Positions 19,150 through 28,315 of a stretch of 52,987 bases of DNA are shown piece after piece; position 1 is the stretch's first letter, and each line of letters opens with the position of its first letter. Made by a program: the position numbers and the translations under genes. A model generated the notes under the pieces. That model was given only the letters and a program-made list of their open reading frames with translations, made no database searches and was not told the DNA's origin. Source of the stretch: a virus (lineage: Duplodnaviria > Caudoviricetes); IMG/VR virus record IMGVR_UViG_3300018080_000028, positions 1-52,987 of that record. One strand, written 5' to 3'.

Positions 19150-21180
19150 CTACTGTACTACTTCAAACATAAGCTGGTCTGATTTGCGGCGCATTTTAAC
19201 GTAGTTGGGCGCAGCCGCCATGCTGTTTTTCATCACTGCGATGATGACGTTGCCGGTTGGGTACGGTTCACCCTGCTCGTTCAGCAACAGTTCATGAACG
19301 GTTTTCCCCCGTTTTTCTACAGGTTCGCGCAAATATTCGGGATTCATCGACACAAACAGGTTAAAGATGTCTCCCCTGCCCCAGTTCATGTCCTGGACAC
19401 CGATGAAGCGGCCACTGCCATCGCTCCGGGCTTTTTCTTCGGCGGCTTTATTGACCTGCCCGACGATCAGGGTGAACAGGTTGGCTTTGGCCGAGACCTG
19501 TTTGATATGTTTTTGTTTGGCTTCTTCTTCGTTGCGCGAAAAAGTGTCCAATCCGGGCAGGGCCTGGAGATAGTCCAGAACTGCAATACGGCAGGGCAAA
19601 CCCTGTTTGCGCAGGGTTGTGGCAGTGTCGGCAATATATTCCATTCTACGGCGCAATTCGGACAGTTCTCCTGATTCGTTGTTGACGAACTGTTGCTGGC
19701 CTTTTTGAGACTGGATCAGTTTTGCGAACTTGACTAATTTTTCCATCCGTTCGTTTTTGATTTCTTTCGCCATTGGCAACACCGGTTCCAAACCCTGTTG
19801 TTTGCGGTGAATGACGTGCATATGCAACAACATATCCATGTAGGTGATTTCGCCGCCGCTGAGTTGTTGGATGTCGCGCATAATCGATTCGGGAGGCAAC
19901 CATTCCGGTTTGTCGGAGATGGGGTACTCGTCGATAGACAGCCAGTACCGGATCATTTGTTCAATCATGGTAGTTTTGCCCACGCCGGTCCCGCCCACCA
20001 GAGCCGCCGCTTTACGCATTGACAGCACCTGACAGTACCCTCCCAGGTGCCACATTTCCGGGATCGGCCACACAATCGGCGCTCCGAACACGTCAAAATT
20101 TCCTTGCAGCGCCTTGAGCAATCCGCTAACCGCATCCGGCGTGCTCATAACAGGTTTGACGGCGGCGGGGTCGAGTGTGGGGGCGGCATTACTTTTTTTG
20201 TTGTTTTTATGCCACTCGGCCACACGTTTTTTACGGTAATCCAGCCATGGTTCCACTTTTAAAGCGGAAGCGATCTGATCCCATGCGTTTTCAATGTCCT
20301 GTATACCGCAGGAACACTGCGGTTTGCCGTAACCGCTCTCATCATAACTGATGCGGAAGCTGGGGTGTTCATCTTTGTGAGAGGGCAACGGACAATGCCA
20401 GCGTTCTACGCCTCCCTCTTTTTTAGCTGATGGTCCCAGCGCGGTTACAACCAACCCGATCCAGTCCTTCATGAATTGTTTGAAGTCTGGTTGCGGCGCG
20501 ATCGTAGGAGGGCCTGGCGAAGACGGTGGTACGGGATCACCGTTCCACAGGACTGCTTCCAGTTCCTCGACCTTTACGGTGTTAATCAGTGCCAGTTTAA
20601 AATCTCCGGGTTGAAACTGCACCTGTTGCCAGACAGAGTTGACATCGTTGCCGCTTTTTTCCACAATCGGTCCGGGAACCTGATAGACGGCCAGTTTTAT
20701 CCCGCTGGCCAGCAGCAGGTGGTGCAGCTTGGATGCTGCCCGGCATCCGGTCAGGTCACGGTCGGGATAATAACGCACCTGTTCAACGCCCAGTTCTTGC
20801 AGGTCGGCGACCAGCGTTTGCGGGACGCTGGTTTCACCATTCAACCAGCACAATACATTTCTGATTCCGGCGGCGATGAAGGTGAGCACGTCAGGTTCTC
20901 CGGCTGCGATATGTAAAGTGCCAAGGTGTTCTGCGATGATGGTTTTGATGTCGGGCAGGTGATAATAGGGATGTTTGCAGCTTTGAGGCCATGCGTATTT
21001 AAGTTTGTCCGATTTGGGATCGAACGATTTCCAGCGGGTGCCAACCTTTTCCCCGTCGAAATTAAAGATCGGGTAATTACATCCCGCCAGACCTTTATAT
21101 GCAGGAGTGACGATTTCCCAATCCAGTTCAATTGAGGCTTCCAGTATTCCGCGATCTTTACGGCTTTTAGGCGGGTTCAT
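19150..21180 (-). CDS. Primase-helicase (TOPRIM, CHC2-like Zn domain, DnaB-like ATPase)
   Basis: AGEPDVLT and YPDRDLTG (TOPRIM); CPLPSHKDEHPSF...CSC; Walker A GGTGVGKT and VLDYLQ. Start set at MNPP with a GGAGG SD. Confidence 0.85.
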   Translation of the reverse strand: MNPPKSRKDRGILEASIELDWEIVTPAYKGLAGCNYPIFNFDGEKVGTRWKSFDPKSDKLKYAWPQSCKHPYYHLPDIKTIIAEHLGTLHIAAGEPDVLTFIAAGIRNVLCWLNGETSVPQTLVADLQELGVEQVRYYPDRDLTGCRAASKLHHLLLASGIKLAVYQVPGPIVEKSGNDVNSVWQQVQFQPGDFKLALINTVKVEELEAVLWNGDPVPPSSPGPPTIAPQPDFKQFMKDWIGLVVTALGPSAKKEGGVERWHCPLPSHKDEHPSFRISYDESGYGKPQCSCGIQDIENAWDQIASALKVEPWLDYRKKRVAEWHKNNKKSNAAPTLDPAAVKPVMSTPDAVSGLLKALQGNFDVFGAPIVWPIPEMWHLGGYCQVLSMRKAAALVGGTGVGKTTMIEQMIRYWLSIDEYPISDKPEWLPPESIMRDIQQLSGGEITYMDMLLHMHVIHRKQQGLEPVLPMAKEIKNERMEKLVKFAKLIQSQKGQQQFVNNESGELSELRRRMEYIADTATTLRKQGLPCRIAVLDYLQALPGLDTFSRNEEEAKQKHIKQVSAKANLFTLIVGQVNKAAEEKARSDGSGRFIGVQDMNWGRGDIFNLFVSMNPEYLREPVEKRGKTVHELLLNEQGEPYPTGNVIIAVMKNSMAAAPNYVKMRRKSDQLMFEVVQ

Positions 21181-22165
21181 GTTTAACCTCCGCTTCCGGC
21201 AGCGCCGGGGGTGACGTGCGGTTGGCATCAATAGCTGCCATTAGTTCGGCAGTGTCTGGACATACCTCAGCCGCCGGTGGATTTTCCTTGAGAGCTGCCT
21301 GCCTGTGGTTCAACAGAGCGCGTGGGGTGAAAAAGTTAAAGCGCTCATCGCAGTAGTTGTAATAAGTTTTTACCATGTCCGGGGTGTCTCCGAGCTGGCA
21401 GAGTTCAGATGCCGTCTGTTGCACAAACTTTTTTTCAGCACTGGTCAGTTTGGTTTTCCAGACCAGATTAATTTCATCAGCAGTCATGTTCGGGTTAGTC
21501 CAGTTAAAACTGTGGGTGATGGCGTTTTTCATAGCGGTCATACTTTTTTTGTTTACGGAAACGCCTATAGATGTACTACTTTTAATACTTGTACTACTTT
21601 GGGTTGACTTAATAGAACTTACTCCGGGTTGTATGTTCGGCTTAGTAGAACTTACTCCGGGTTGTATGTTAGACTTAGTAGAACTTACTCTGATTGTGGA
21701 TGATCCGCGTTCCATATCCCATTTTATGGATGTTAATATGCTGGCTAACAGGGCATAGTCCGGCGACTCAAGCGTTTTAAGCAGCGTCAGGTGTGCTTTT
21801 AACACTTCCGGTTTTCGTCCAAAGTGAATGGTGGGGGTAAACTCGTTTTCGCCGACCTGTAAAATCCCGGTGATCTGGTACACATGGCGATTTCCGCGTG
21901 GTTCCCCCTGGATCCGTTTGTCTGGCGGCACGAGCAACAGCCCGTGGTTGTTTTTCCACCATTTGGTCGCGTCCCCGATCACTGATTTGCAGACTCCGAC
22001 CTCTTTGGCGAGCGTGTCCTGCGTCGGCCACGCTCGCAGGAACTGGTTGCAGTGCAGGTACAGGATGGTAAAAAACCATCCACGACATTGTTGGGCTTCA
22101 TCTCCACGACCGCCCAGCAGATGCCCGTGGGAGCGCAGGGTATACGAAATGGGTAATGATGGCAT
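21167..22165 (-). CDS. Replication initiator-like protein (winged HTH)
   Basis: AWPTQDTLAKEVGVCKSVI HTH_36-like motif; internal tandem repeats; directly upstream of the helicase, as lambda O. Confidence 0.7.
   Translation of the reverse strand: MPSLPISYTLRSHGHLLGGRGDEAQQCRGWFFTILYLHCNQFLRAWPTQDTLAKEVGVCKSVIGDATKWWKNNHGLLLVPPDKRIQGEPRGNRHVYQITGILQVGENEFTPTIHFGRKPEVLKAHLTLLKTLESPDYALLASILTSIKWDMERGSSTIRVSSTKSNIQPGVSSTKPNIQPGVSSIKSTQSSTSIKSSTSIGVSVNKKSMTAMKNAITHSFNWTNPNMTADEINLVWKTKLTSAEKKFVQQTASELCQLGDTPDMVKTYYNYCDERFNFFTPRALLNHRQAALKENPPAAEVCPDTAELMAAIDANRTSPPALPEAEVKHEPA
21571..21690. repeat. Iteron-like repeats, probable replication origin
   Basis: CTTARTAGAACTTACTCCGGGTTGTATGTT at 21608 and 21641, partial copy at 21674 (33-bp period); two GTACTACTTT copies at 21573 and 21591. 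Confidence 0.75.
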
Positions 22166-22166
22166 A

Positions 22167-22802
22167 TCAAATATCCTTACAATGTGCGCATAACAATTGA
22201 TGATTGACAAACTGGCAGGTCAGGTCAGGCTGGTGGATGAGATTCCCGCAATTGTCACAGGGGGTATCCAACAAAGACAGTATACCAATATCGGGCACCC
22301 ATCCATCGTCCCAGAATGCGTGTGTTATCCTGGATGCCAGTGCTGTATCGATTCTGTCCGGGTAAATCATCAGGTTAACGTTGTTGATGGTTATCCACTG
22401 GACATCGGTAGCTGTCGGGTTATAAAAATCGTGTTTGCCGGTGAATCCCCACATGCGGTAGGGGTGAACAAAACTCCACCGTGTATCAATGACCAGCACA
22501 ACCGGCAGCGGGCGGATTGGCAGGGGGCACAGGAACATGGGAGCCTCCACCAGCTCCACGTTATGCGACCGGGGACGTTTTGGCAACTGTTGTACAAATG
22601 AAACCAGCGTGGTCACAATGTCGGGGTGCATCTTATACCACGACATGCTGTAGAGCGTGCAGATGCCCCAGTCGGTCTGGACGGCTTGGGAAAAACAAAA
22701 CAGATTTCGCTTGCGCAGGTCGCGTTCGCGGCTTTTGCCGTAAAACTGGAGCATGGCGGTATCCGCGTTAAAACGTGTGATTTCAGCGTAACAGTCGCTC
22801 AT
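22167..22802 (-). CDS. Hypothetical protein with C-terminal Zn ribbon
   Basis: CDNC...CAHC; ATGA-coupled to its neighbour. Confidence 0.6.
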   Translation of the reverse strand: MSDCYAEITRFNADTAMLQFYGKSRERDLRKRNLFCFSQAVQTDWGICTLYSMSWYKMHPDIVTTLVSFVQQLPKRPRSHNVELVEAPMFLCPLPIRPLPVVLVIDTRWSFVHPYRMWGFTGKHDFYNPTATDVQWITINNVNLMIYPDRIDTALASRITHAFWDDGWVPDIGILSLLDTPCDNCGNLIHQPDLTCQFVNHQLLCAHCKDI

Positions 22803-23068
22803 GGCGCATTCTTTCGCAACATTCTGGAGACGTGCCCCTGTCCCAGCGTTTCGATCAGGTCTGCCAGTTTTTGCAGGGTCAGGCCGGTGAACATTGTATC
22901 CAGGTCGAGTAAAACTTCATCCGGTTCATCCGGGTCAAATATTTGCAGGAACAGACCGCAGGCATGGTCTTCTCCCCACGCGATTTCGTAGTTGATACCG
23001 GGTAACAGGACCACTTCCTCTACGGTAGTTTCCTGTTCGGGGGTGAAATAAAACGTGTCGCGGCTCAT
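22799..23068 (-). CDS. Hypothetical acidic protein
   Basis: In operon; overlaps the next start. Confidence 0.6.
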   Translation of the reverse strand: MSRDTFYFTPEQETTVEEVVLLPGINYEIAWGEDHACGLFLQIFDPDEPDEVLLDLDTMFTGLTLQKLADLIETLGQGHVSRMLRKNAP

Positions 23069-23123
23069 GTTTTAGCCTTTCATTTTGGCAGCAAGTCAAA
23101 ATTCCCGCACTCGCAAAAGTTGT

Positions 23124-24299
23124 CTAAAAGGGTGGTTCGCCTTCTGGTATTTTGGCGGTTTCCGGCGCTGGTTTTTTCTTAGCTTCGGCGATGCCGGATT
23201 CGATTTCTTCGCGCACGACATTCCATGCGTCGCGCCAACCGGTTTTGGTTTTGATATGGTCCATGTCGATTTGTTTGGCTTTCAGGCGGGTTTTGATGTC
23301 GGCGCGGGTTAGTCCGGCGCGTTTAGCCAGGTAACAAATAGCGCTGTCGATGGCTTCATTGGGGTTGGTCAATCCCTCAAATATTTTTTCCTCCATCATC
23401 TTTTTCCAGCGCCCGGTGAACCAGTATCCATCCGCTTTACCTTCTTTGACGCAGATCACCTTTTTAACAAAGGGGATGACGAACTGGTTGAGGGCCTGCC
23501 CGGTAGACGGCACTTCGTCGGGGATGGCATTCTGGTCGGGTGCGGGTTGCGCTGGTTGATTTGATTGTTGCGTTGCGGGGGCATGGTCTTCCATATCAAC
23601 CGTGAATCGCGCCGACAACATTGCGATTGATTTAGCAGCCTGCACCAGTGCTCGTTTGTCGGCCATTTTGCGGATGCTGTTGACGGAATCGAAAACTACC
23701 ATGGGATCGTTTATTTTGCCAGGCGGGGGTTGCGATGTAATGCTTTCGGTGTTGTAGGGGAAGTTAGCGCCGCAACCTCCGGTTTTTTCCCAGCAATACC
23801 ATCCCAGTTCAGCGTCGGGCGGATCGTTGGATCGCGGTTTACTGCGCCGAATATTTTCCGCCCCGCAGGTCGGGCAGGTGAGCAGCCGGTCGCGCCAGTA
23901 GTTGGGTTCGCGGCTGTTGCACACGCCGTTGCCACGCGCCACCACGGTGCTACTTGCTGTTTGCACCAGTTCACATTCGACCTCATAGGCAAAATAGGGT
24001 GCGTCGGGGGTATGGTCGCGGGTTACGTGTACCAGATTATACTTGGGAGCCAGTCCCATTAGAGTGAGAACAACCTCGGCACCGGCCTGGTAGAGCGTTG
24101 GTTTTTTGGTGTTGGGCACGATGCCGTAATGCACGTCTTCGGCGAACACGCGGTTGATCAGGTCGTCAATTGCGTCGCGCATGGTAACAGCGCGGTTCAC
24201 GGCCTGCATTGGCGTTTCGTCGTTGTGCGGTACGATGGTCAGGCAGGTGGCCGGTTCTTCTTCTTCAACTGCAACTTCAATTACTTGGGTATCATCCAT
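23124..24299 (-). CDS. Putative single-strand annealing/recombination protein with Zn-ribbon insertion
   Basis: HYGIVPNTKKPTLYQAGAE and NSIRKMADKRALVQA motifs of phage annealing proteins; CPTC...CWEKTGGC insertion; ends EGEPPF. Confidence 0.7.
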   Translation of the reverse strand: MDDTQVIEVAVEEEEPATCLTIVPHNDETPMQAVNRAVTMRDAIDDLINRVFAEDVHYGIVPNTKKPTLYQAGAEVVLTLMGLAPKYNLVHVTRDHTPDAPYFAYEVECELVQTASSTVVARGNGVCNSREPNYWRDRLLTCPTCGAENIRRSKPRSNDPPDAELGWYCWEKTGGCGANFPYNTESITSQPPPGKINDPMVVFDSVNSIRKMADKRALVQAAKSIAMLSARFTVDMEDHAPATQQSNQPAQPAPDQNAIPDEVPSTGQALNQFVIPFVKKVICVKEGKADGYWFTGRWKKMMEEKIFEGLTNPNEAIDSAICYLAKRAGLTRADIKTRLKAKQIDMDHIKTKTGWRDAWNVVREEIESGIAEAKKKPAPETAKIPEGEPPF

Positions 24300-24537
24300 T
24301 AGCTGATCCTCCGATCACTGTTTCCAATACCTGTCGTTTTTTGTCGGTCGGTAATTGCGGCAGGGGCTGGTCTGGGTACATTATTCTACGAATAGCCAGC
24401 AGCCCCAGCGTGATAATTTCGCGGTCCTTAAAACCGCGTGTGTGCAGTTCATCCAGCGTGTTTATGGCTTCGGTTTCCATATCCACGCCTTTTTTAAGTC
24501 GAGCCTGCACAAAACGGTTGCGGTCATTGTCAGTCAT
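24292..24537 (-). CDS. Ribbon-helix-helix-like protein downstream of parM
   Basis: RFVQARL strand followed by two helices; GGAGG SD. Confidence 0.5.
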   Translation of the reverse strand: MTDNDRNRFVQARLKKGVDMETEAINTLDELHTRGFKDREIITLGLLAIRRIMYPDQPLPQLPTDKKRQVLETVIGGSANG

Positions 24538-24580
24538 ATAATGCCTCCAGCATATAATGCAACCAGCGTTAATGCTGGTT
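24535..24580. repeat. 16-bp tandem repeat plus palindrome (candidate centromere/operator)
   Basis: CATATAATGCCTCCAG then CATATAATGCAACCAG; AACCAGC-GTTAAT-GCTGGTT inverted repeat. Confidence 0.55.
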
Positions 24581-25690
24581 TGCCAGTGCCATTCTTAATC
24601 CACCTGCTGCATTCATGTCCATTAGCCGGACACCCTTCAGGGTTTCGACAGCGCTGTGGTCAAAAATCAGGTCCCCGTACATTTGGCGCAGGTGTTTTTG
24701 AATGAGAGCTGCCCCGCCGCCAACCACAATCACGCTGCGGCAGGTACGCGATGCCTCATACCCTGTATCGATGATGACGTTGGCGACCCAGTTGGCGTAC
24801 AGGTTGCAACGTGACTCAAACATACGTCCCAGCTTGACCGTATTTTGTGGGCCGTACAACTGGCAGTCCTGTTTACACTTGTCACAGGGGTTGCGCGATT
24901 TCGATGGGAAACAGGTTGATTTACGTTTCAACCAGCGCCGCAAAACCTCATCGATGTCACACCAGTTAAAATGGTCAAACTGTGAGCTTTCTCGTTGCAG
25001 GTCGCGCAAAACTGGCAACAGGACGTGGGATTTGATTCCGCCGTCGGTGCTGGTTTGAAACGCTTCCGGGTTAAACTGCCCGTCCTGGATGATGAAATGA
25101 TCGCTGGTCAACACGCCAAGGTCAATCACCAGATTTCTGCCGCTGAGAGCATTGGTCGGCACCTGCTCGCCGTTTTCATTGAGCACAAAACAGGCGATTG
25201 CGCCCAATCCTTCGGGCCATACTGTTACCGACCTGTAGGTCCACGTGCGCGGGTTTTTGTCGCGCTTGAACTGAATATAGGCTCGGTGGTCCAGGAACTC
25301 TTTTTTGATTTTGTTTTTTCGTCGGGCGTATACTCCGGGCGGGCAGAATACGGTCAGGTCGATGGGTTCGGGCTTCACGTGGAATTTTTGCATAATTTTG
25401 GCGATGGTTACGTCGGTCAAAAACATATGTACGCCGTCGCCATAACGCAACAGCGACTGGTGCATTTCGACTCGGCGGCGCGAGATACGCATTACGTCGT
25501 CGCCTACTACAAACCTGCCTTCAGGGGTTTCAACCCATTCAAATGACAATTCACGTTTGCCCAGTCCGAGACTGTCTCCGGTGACACTGGCGCGGATACT
25601 GGGCAATTGGAAACCGTGGATACGGCCTGAATTGTCTCGGACAAACACGTTACACATCCCGTTTCCGGTGTCAGCGCTGCCGATAATCAT
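24569..25690 (-). CDS. parM: ParM/StbA-family actin-like ATPase
   Basis: Actin-fold motifs ADTGNG, VWPEGLGA, VIDLGVLTSD, VVGGGA and MNAAGG. Confidence 0.88.
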   Translation of the reverse strand: MIIGSADTGNGMCNVFVRDNSGRIHGFQLPSIRASVTGDSLGLGKRELSFEWVETPEGRFVVGDDVMRISRRRVEMHQSLLRYGDGVHMFLTDVTIAKIMQKFHVKPEPIDLTVFCPPGVYARRKNKIKKEFLDHRAYIQFKRDKNPRTWTYRSVTVWPEGLGAIACFVLNENGEQVPTNALSGRNLVIDLGVLTSDHFIIQDGQFNPEAFQTSTDGGIKSHVLLPVLRDLQRESSQFDHFNWCDIDEVLRRWLKRKSTCFPSKSRNPCDKCKQDCQLYGPQNTVKLGRMFESRCNLYANWVANVIIDTGYEASRTCRSVIVVGGGAALIQKHLRQMYGDLIFDHSAVETLKGVRLMDMNAAGGLRMALANQH

Positions 25691-25989
25691 TATAAACTCC
25701 TCATCTGGTCTAAAAAGCTGGTTGAAGTATCTGCGGTATGTTGTTCCAGGGAGGGTGTCTCTACAGGCGAAACATCCGGCGGAATCGGACGCGCTCCGTT
25801 CAGGTGTGCGCGTAAAAGCGGGAACAGTTCAAAAAGAACGGATGTATCACCTGTTTTGAGCGACAGGTACAAAATCAGCGCGTCTCTCAGGGTTGGTGCA
25901 AACAAGCGTGACTCCATCAAAGATTTGATTTCCGTATACAATTTGAGTTGTTCCGGTTTGTCGGTGTCTAACCAGAATTTAACCATCAT
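25690..25989 (-). CDS. ParR-like DNA-binding adaptor
   Basis: 99 aa from MMVKFWLD with a GGAGAGG SD; RHH-like N-terminus, flexible linker and terminal amphipathic helix SFLDQMRSL; TAATG-coupled to parM. Confidence 0.65.
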   Translation of the reverse strand: MMVKFWLDTDKPEQLKLYTEIKSLMESRLFAPTLRDALILYLSLKTGDTSVLFELFPLLRAHLNGARPIPPDVSPVETPSLEQHTADTSTSFLDQMRSL

Positions 25990-26008
25990 TCTCACAATAC
26001 CCTCTCCC

Positions 26009-26079
26009 AGAGTATATAGAGTATATACCTTATACATAATAACACGGGGTTTGGGGTTTGTCAAACAATCTGCTATAAT
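26009..26079. promoter_or_regulatory. Overlapping divergent promoters with 9-bp direct repeats
   Basis: Leftward TTGACA-17-TATTAT (26064-26036); rightward TTGGGG-17-TATAAT with extended TG; AGAGTATAT x2 at 26009-26026. Confidence 0.75.
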
Positions 26080-26115
26080 TAGTTGTGACAATTGGCACAT
26101 CTGGGAGGTTAGATT

Positions 26116-26742
26116 ATGGCAGCAATGCTGCAAATAGTTCCAAAAACTTTTGCCCAACACGACAAAATTGTGGCGCAGGGGATTACGGCCTTTGATGCCG
26201 GGATGGAGTCGTTGATTTATATTCTGGATCACGAGTTGTGGGATGGTGAGTATGACAGCGAGACCGCGTACCTGCGGGAGGTCGCTCTCCGCCACGAAAA
26301 ATCGCGTACATGGGTAATCCGGCAGGTGTCTATGGCGCGGGGCAAATCGACAGTGGGTAAAGAGTATGAGGACCTGCTGCTCGAATCGCACTGGCGCGAG
26401 TTGCAAAAATTTGACACGGAACACCTGACATCCATTGTGCAGACGGTGATCAACCGTTACGGAGGCATTACGGCCTCGCGCATCCGGCGCGTGGGTGAGG
26501 ATATGGCAATGCAGGCTCTGGGCAATTCGAGCGAGCTGGACATGGCCGACCAGGAAGCTCGTGAACGGCAGAGGGAACACATTGCCCAGTCTACCGGGTT
26601 CACCCGCGAGGTCATTACATCCTGGTGCAAGTTGTCGGAATTGCCGCTGCGCCAGTTGCGCCAGTTGCGCCAGCAGTCTGACGTGTACATTACAATATAT
26701 CGGCAAGTCCCAACACCTCCAGCGCCTCTTGCGCTGATTTAA
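26116..26742 (+). CDS. Lone + strand gene in the early arm, possible regulator/immunity protein
   Basis: GGGAGG SD, own promoter, helical 208 aa; no family recognised. Confidence 0.6.
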   Translation: MAAMLQIVPKTFAQHDKIVAQGITAFDAGMESLIYILDHELWDGEYDSETAYLREVALRHEKSRTWVIRQVSMARGKSTVGKEYEDLLLESHWRELQKFDTEHLTSIVQTVINRYGGITASRIRRVGEDMAMQALGNSSELDMADQEARERQREHIAQSTGFTREVITSWCKLSELPLRQLRQLRQQSDVYITIYRQVPTPPAPLALI

Positions 26743-26968
26743 CCACGGCAACCTGCCCGTTCCATTCGGCGTGCCACTGCTGCTGTCCTTCCGACAGTTT
26801 GCCGTATTTGCCTGATTTAACTTCCATCAGATAGTTCTGGCTCCTCCAGCCGACCAGCAGGTCGGGGATGTCCTTATCATCCAGTTGTGCGACGGTCGCT
26901 CCGATAGCTCGCAGGGTCTGGATGATGTCCCTTTCGGCGCTGTCTCGTTTGGGTGCTTTACGGGGCAT
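26690..26968 (-). CDS. VRR-NUC / Holliday junction resolvase-like PD-(D/E)xK nuclease
   Basis: IPDLLVG...LMEVKSG...LSEGQQQW. Confidence 0.85.
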   Translation of the reverse strand: MPRKAPKRDSAERDIIQTLRAIGATVAQLDDKDIPDLLVGWRSQNYLMEVKSGKYGKLSEGQQQWHAEWNGQVAVVKSAQEALEVLGLADIL

Positions 26969-26987
26969 TGTGATTATCCTTTCACAT

Positions 26988-27015
26988 AAAGGGGCACTGG
27001 TGTGCCCCCCTTTTT
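26988..27015. terminator. Hairpin, possible terminator
   Basis: AAAGGGGCAC-TGGT-GTGCCCCCTTTTT. Confidence 0.5.
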
Positions 27016-27027
27016 CGTCGGTGCGGC

Positions 27028-27408
27028 TTACAGCGGTTCTGGCATATACTCGCTGAGGTCGCGTTTGATGGTGGTCTTCTGGATGGTCCTGCGCGTGATT
27101 CCGGGCAGGGTTCCTTCGGCCAGCACCTTAGCCGCCTTTTTATAGGCGGTTTCGTCGAGTTGCACCTTGATCCACTGTCCCTGCCCGATGGCGTAAGGCA
27201 GGGCGACATCTGTATCGACCTGCACCTCATCGAATGTTTTGATGGTCAGCGCGGGGTGTGGTCGTGTTGTTTCCGGTTTTTCCGGGTCATACTGGTCCAT
27301 CGCCAAAACACGTAGCAGGTCTTCGGTTTCTAGCACACGTTCCCGGAAGTATTTTGCTCTTTCGCGGAAATAGGCCAGGTTCTGGATTGTGGCTTCAAAA
27401 TCGTTCAT
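27028..27408 (-). CDS. Hypothetical protein, weakly Gam/Gp157-like
   Basis: N-terminal coiled coil, then VQLDETAYKK...LPGIT. Confidence 0.45.
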   Translation of the reverse strand: MNDFEATIQNLAYFRERAKYFRERVLETEDLLRVLAMDQYDPEKPETTRPHPALTIKTFDEVQVDTDVALPYAIGQGQWIKVQLDETAYKKAAKVLAEGTLPGITRRTIQKTTIKRDLSEYMPEPL

Positions 27409-27778
27409 GGGTTTGCTCCTGTACATAATTGGTCCGGTAATTGATAGTGATAATGCAACGCAATTCGGGAAACTCGCCGTAACGTACTACCTCTTCCGGC
27501 GAAAAGTCCGACCGGTGTTTGATAGACAGTCCGGTCATAAATCGACCCTGGTCACTACCCACCATACGGCCCATGATGCCGCCAGCGCGAACGGCAGCTC
27601 GCATGGAGTCAAAAAAAGCCTGGCTGTTGTTGATCTCACTGAAGCACAAAAAGCTGATCGATCCGTTCCAGAAGACGGGGGAAACCCTGTCCTGCTGGAC
27701 ATGGGCCTGCACCTGTGCTTCAATCATGGTCGCCGACGAGTTTTTGCCGTAAGGGAATTCTATGGTTCTTTCAGTCAT
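27395..27778 (-). CDS. Hypothetical protein
   Basis: Tightly packed early operon. Confidence 0.55.
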   Translation of the reverse strand: MTERTIEFPYGKNSSATMIEAQVQAHVQQDRVSPVFWNGSISFLCFSEINNSQAFFDSMRAAVRAGGIMGRMVGSDQGRFMTGLSIKHRSDFSPEEVVRYGEFPELRCIITINYRTNYVQEQTHERF

Positions 27779-28121
27779 GGTCGCCGTCCCCCATGGTCTC
27801 GTTAAACCGGAAGTTTTCCCCGTTGATTTCGCGGATCAGGTCGTTAAGAATGGTGACAACTTTAGCCTCAAAGTAGGGGTGGGTGTATTTGCCGAACAGG
27901 GTGAAATTGGTATGCTCCTCCATGTCGTCGGTCGTCTCAAAGATGATGTAGGCTACCGTGTAGCGGTACGAGTATTTGCGGATTGTCATTTCGGCATCCA
28001 CCCACGGGTTGATATGTGGCAGAATCAGGTCGTCGATGTCGGCTTCCAGGAATTCGTCAAATTTAGGCGGCGGTTTATACTTCTGCCACTTCAGGGTGTC
28101 CAGGTCAACTTTGGTCAACAT
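27771..28121 (-). CDS. Hypothetical acidic protein
   Basis: GAGG SD; packed operon. Confidence 0.6.
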   Translation of the reverse strand: MLTKVDLDTLKWQKYKPPPKFDEFLEADIDDLILPHINPWVDAEMTIRKYSYRYTVAYIIFETTDDMEEHTNFTLFGKYTHPYFEAKVVTILNDLIREINGENFRFNETMGDGDHD

Positions 28122-28315
28122 AAGACACCTCTAGGGTGCACCCAGACAAATCGTTTACGGCGTTTGTGAAAGGACAGCAGTTTTGCGTCCGGGGAGGCTT
28201 TAGCCACGGTTTTTGCTGTAGCCACAATCAGTTTCCAGTCGCGGTCTGACAGGCGGTGGCCGGGCGTTTTTTTCCTGGCTCGCGCCAGCGTTTTAGCCGG
28301 TCGTTTATCGTACAT
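28115..28315 (-). CDS. Hypothetical basic protein
   Basis: GGAGG SD; packed operon. Confidence 0.55.
   Translation of the reverse strand: MYDKRPAKTLARARKKTPGHRLSDRDWKLIVATAKTVAKASPDAKLLSFHKRRKRFVWVHPRGVLC

Noticed and set aside
25990-26751. 353-aa version of the parR-like ORF
   Set aside because: The extension is antisense to 26116-26742 and crosses the promoters; a good SD supports the start at 25989.
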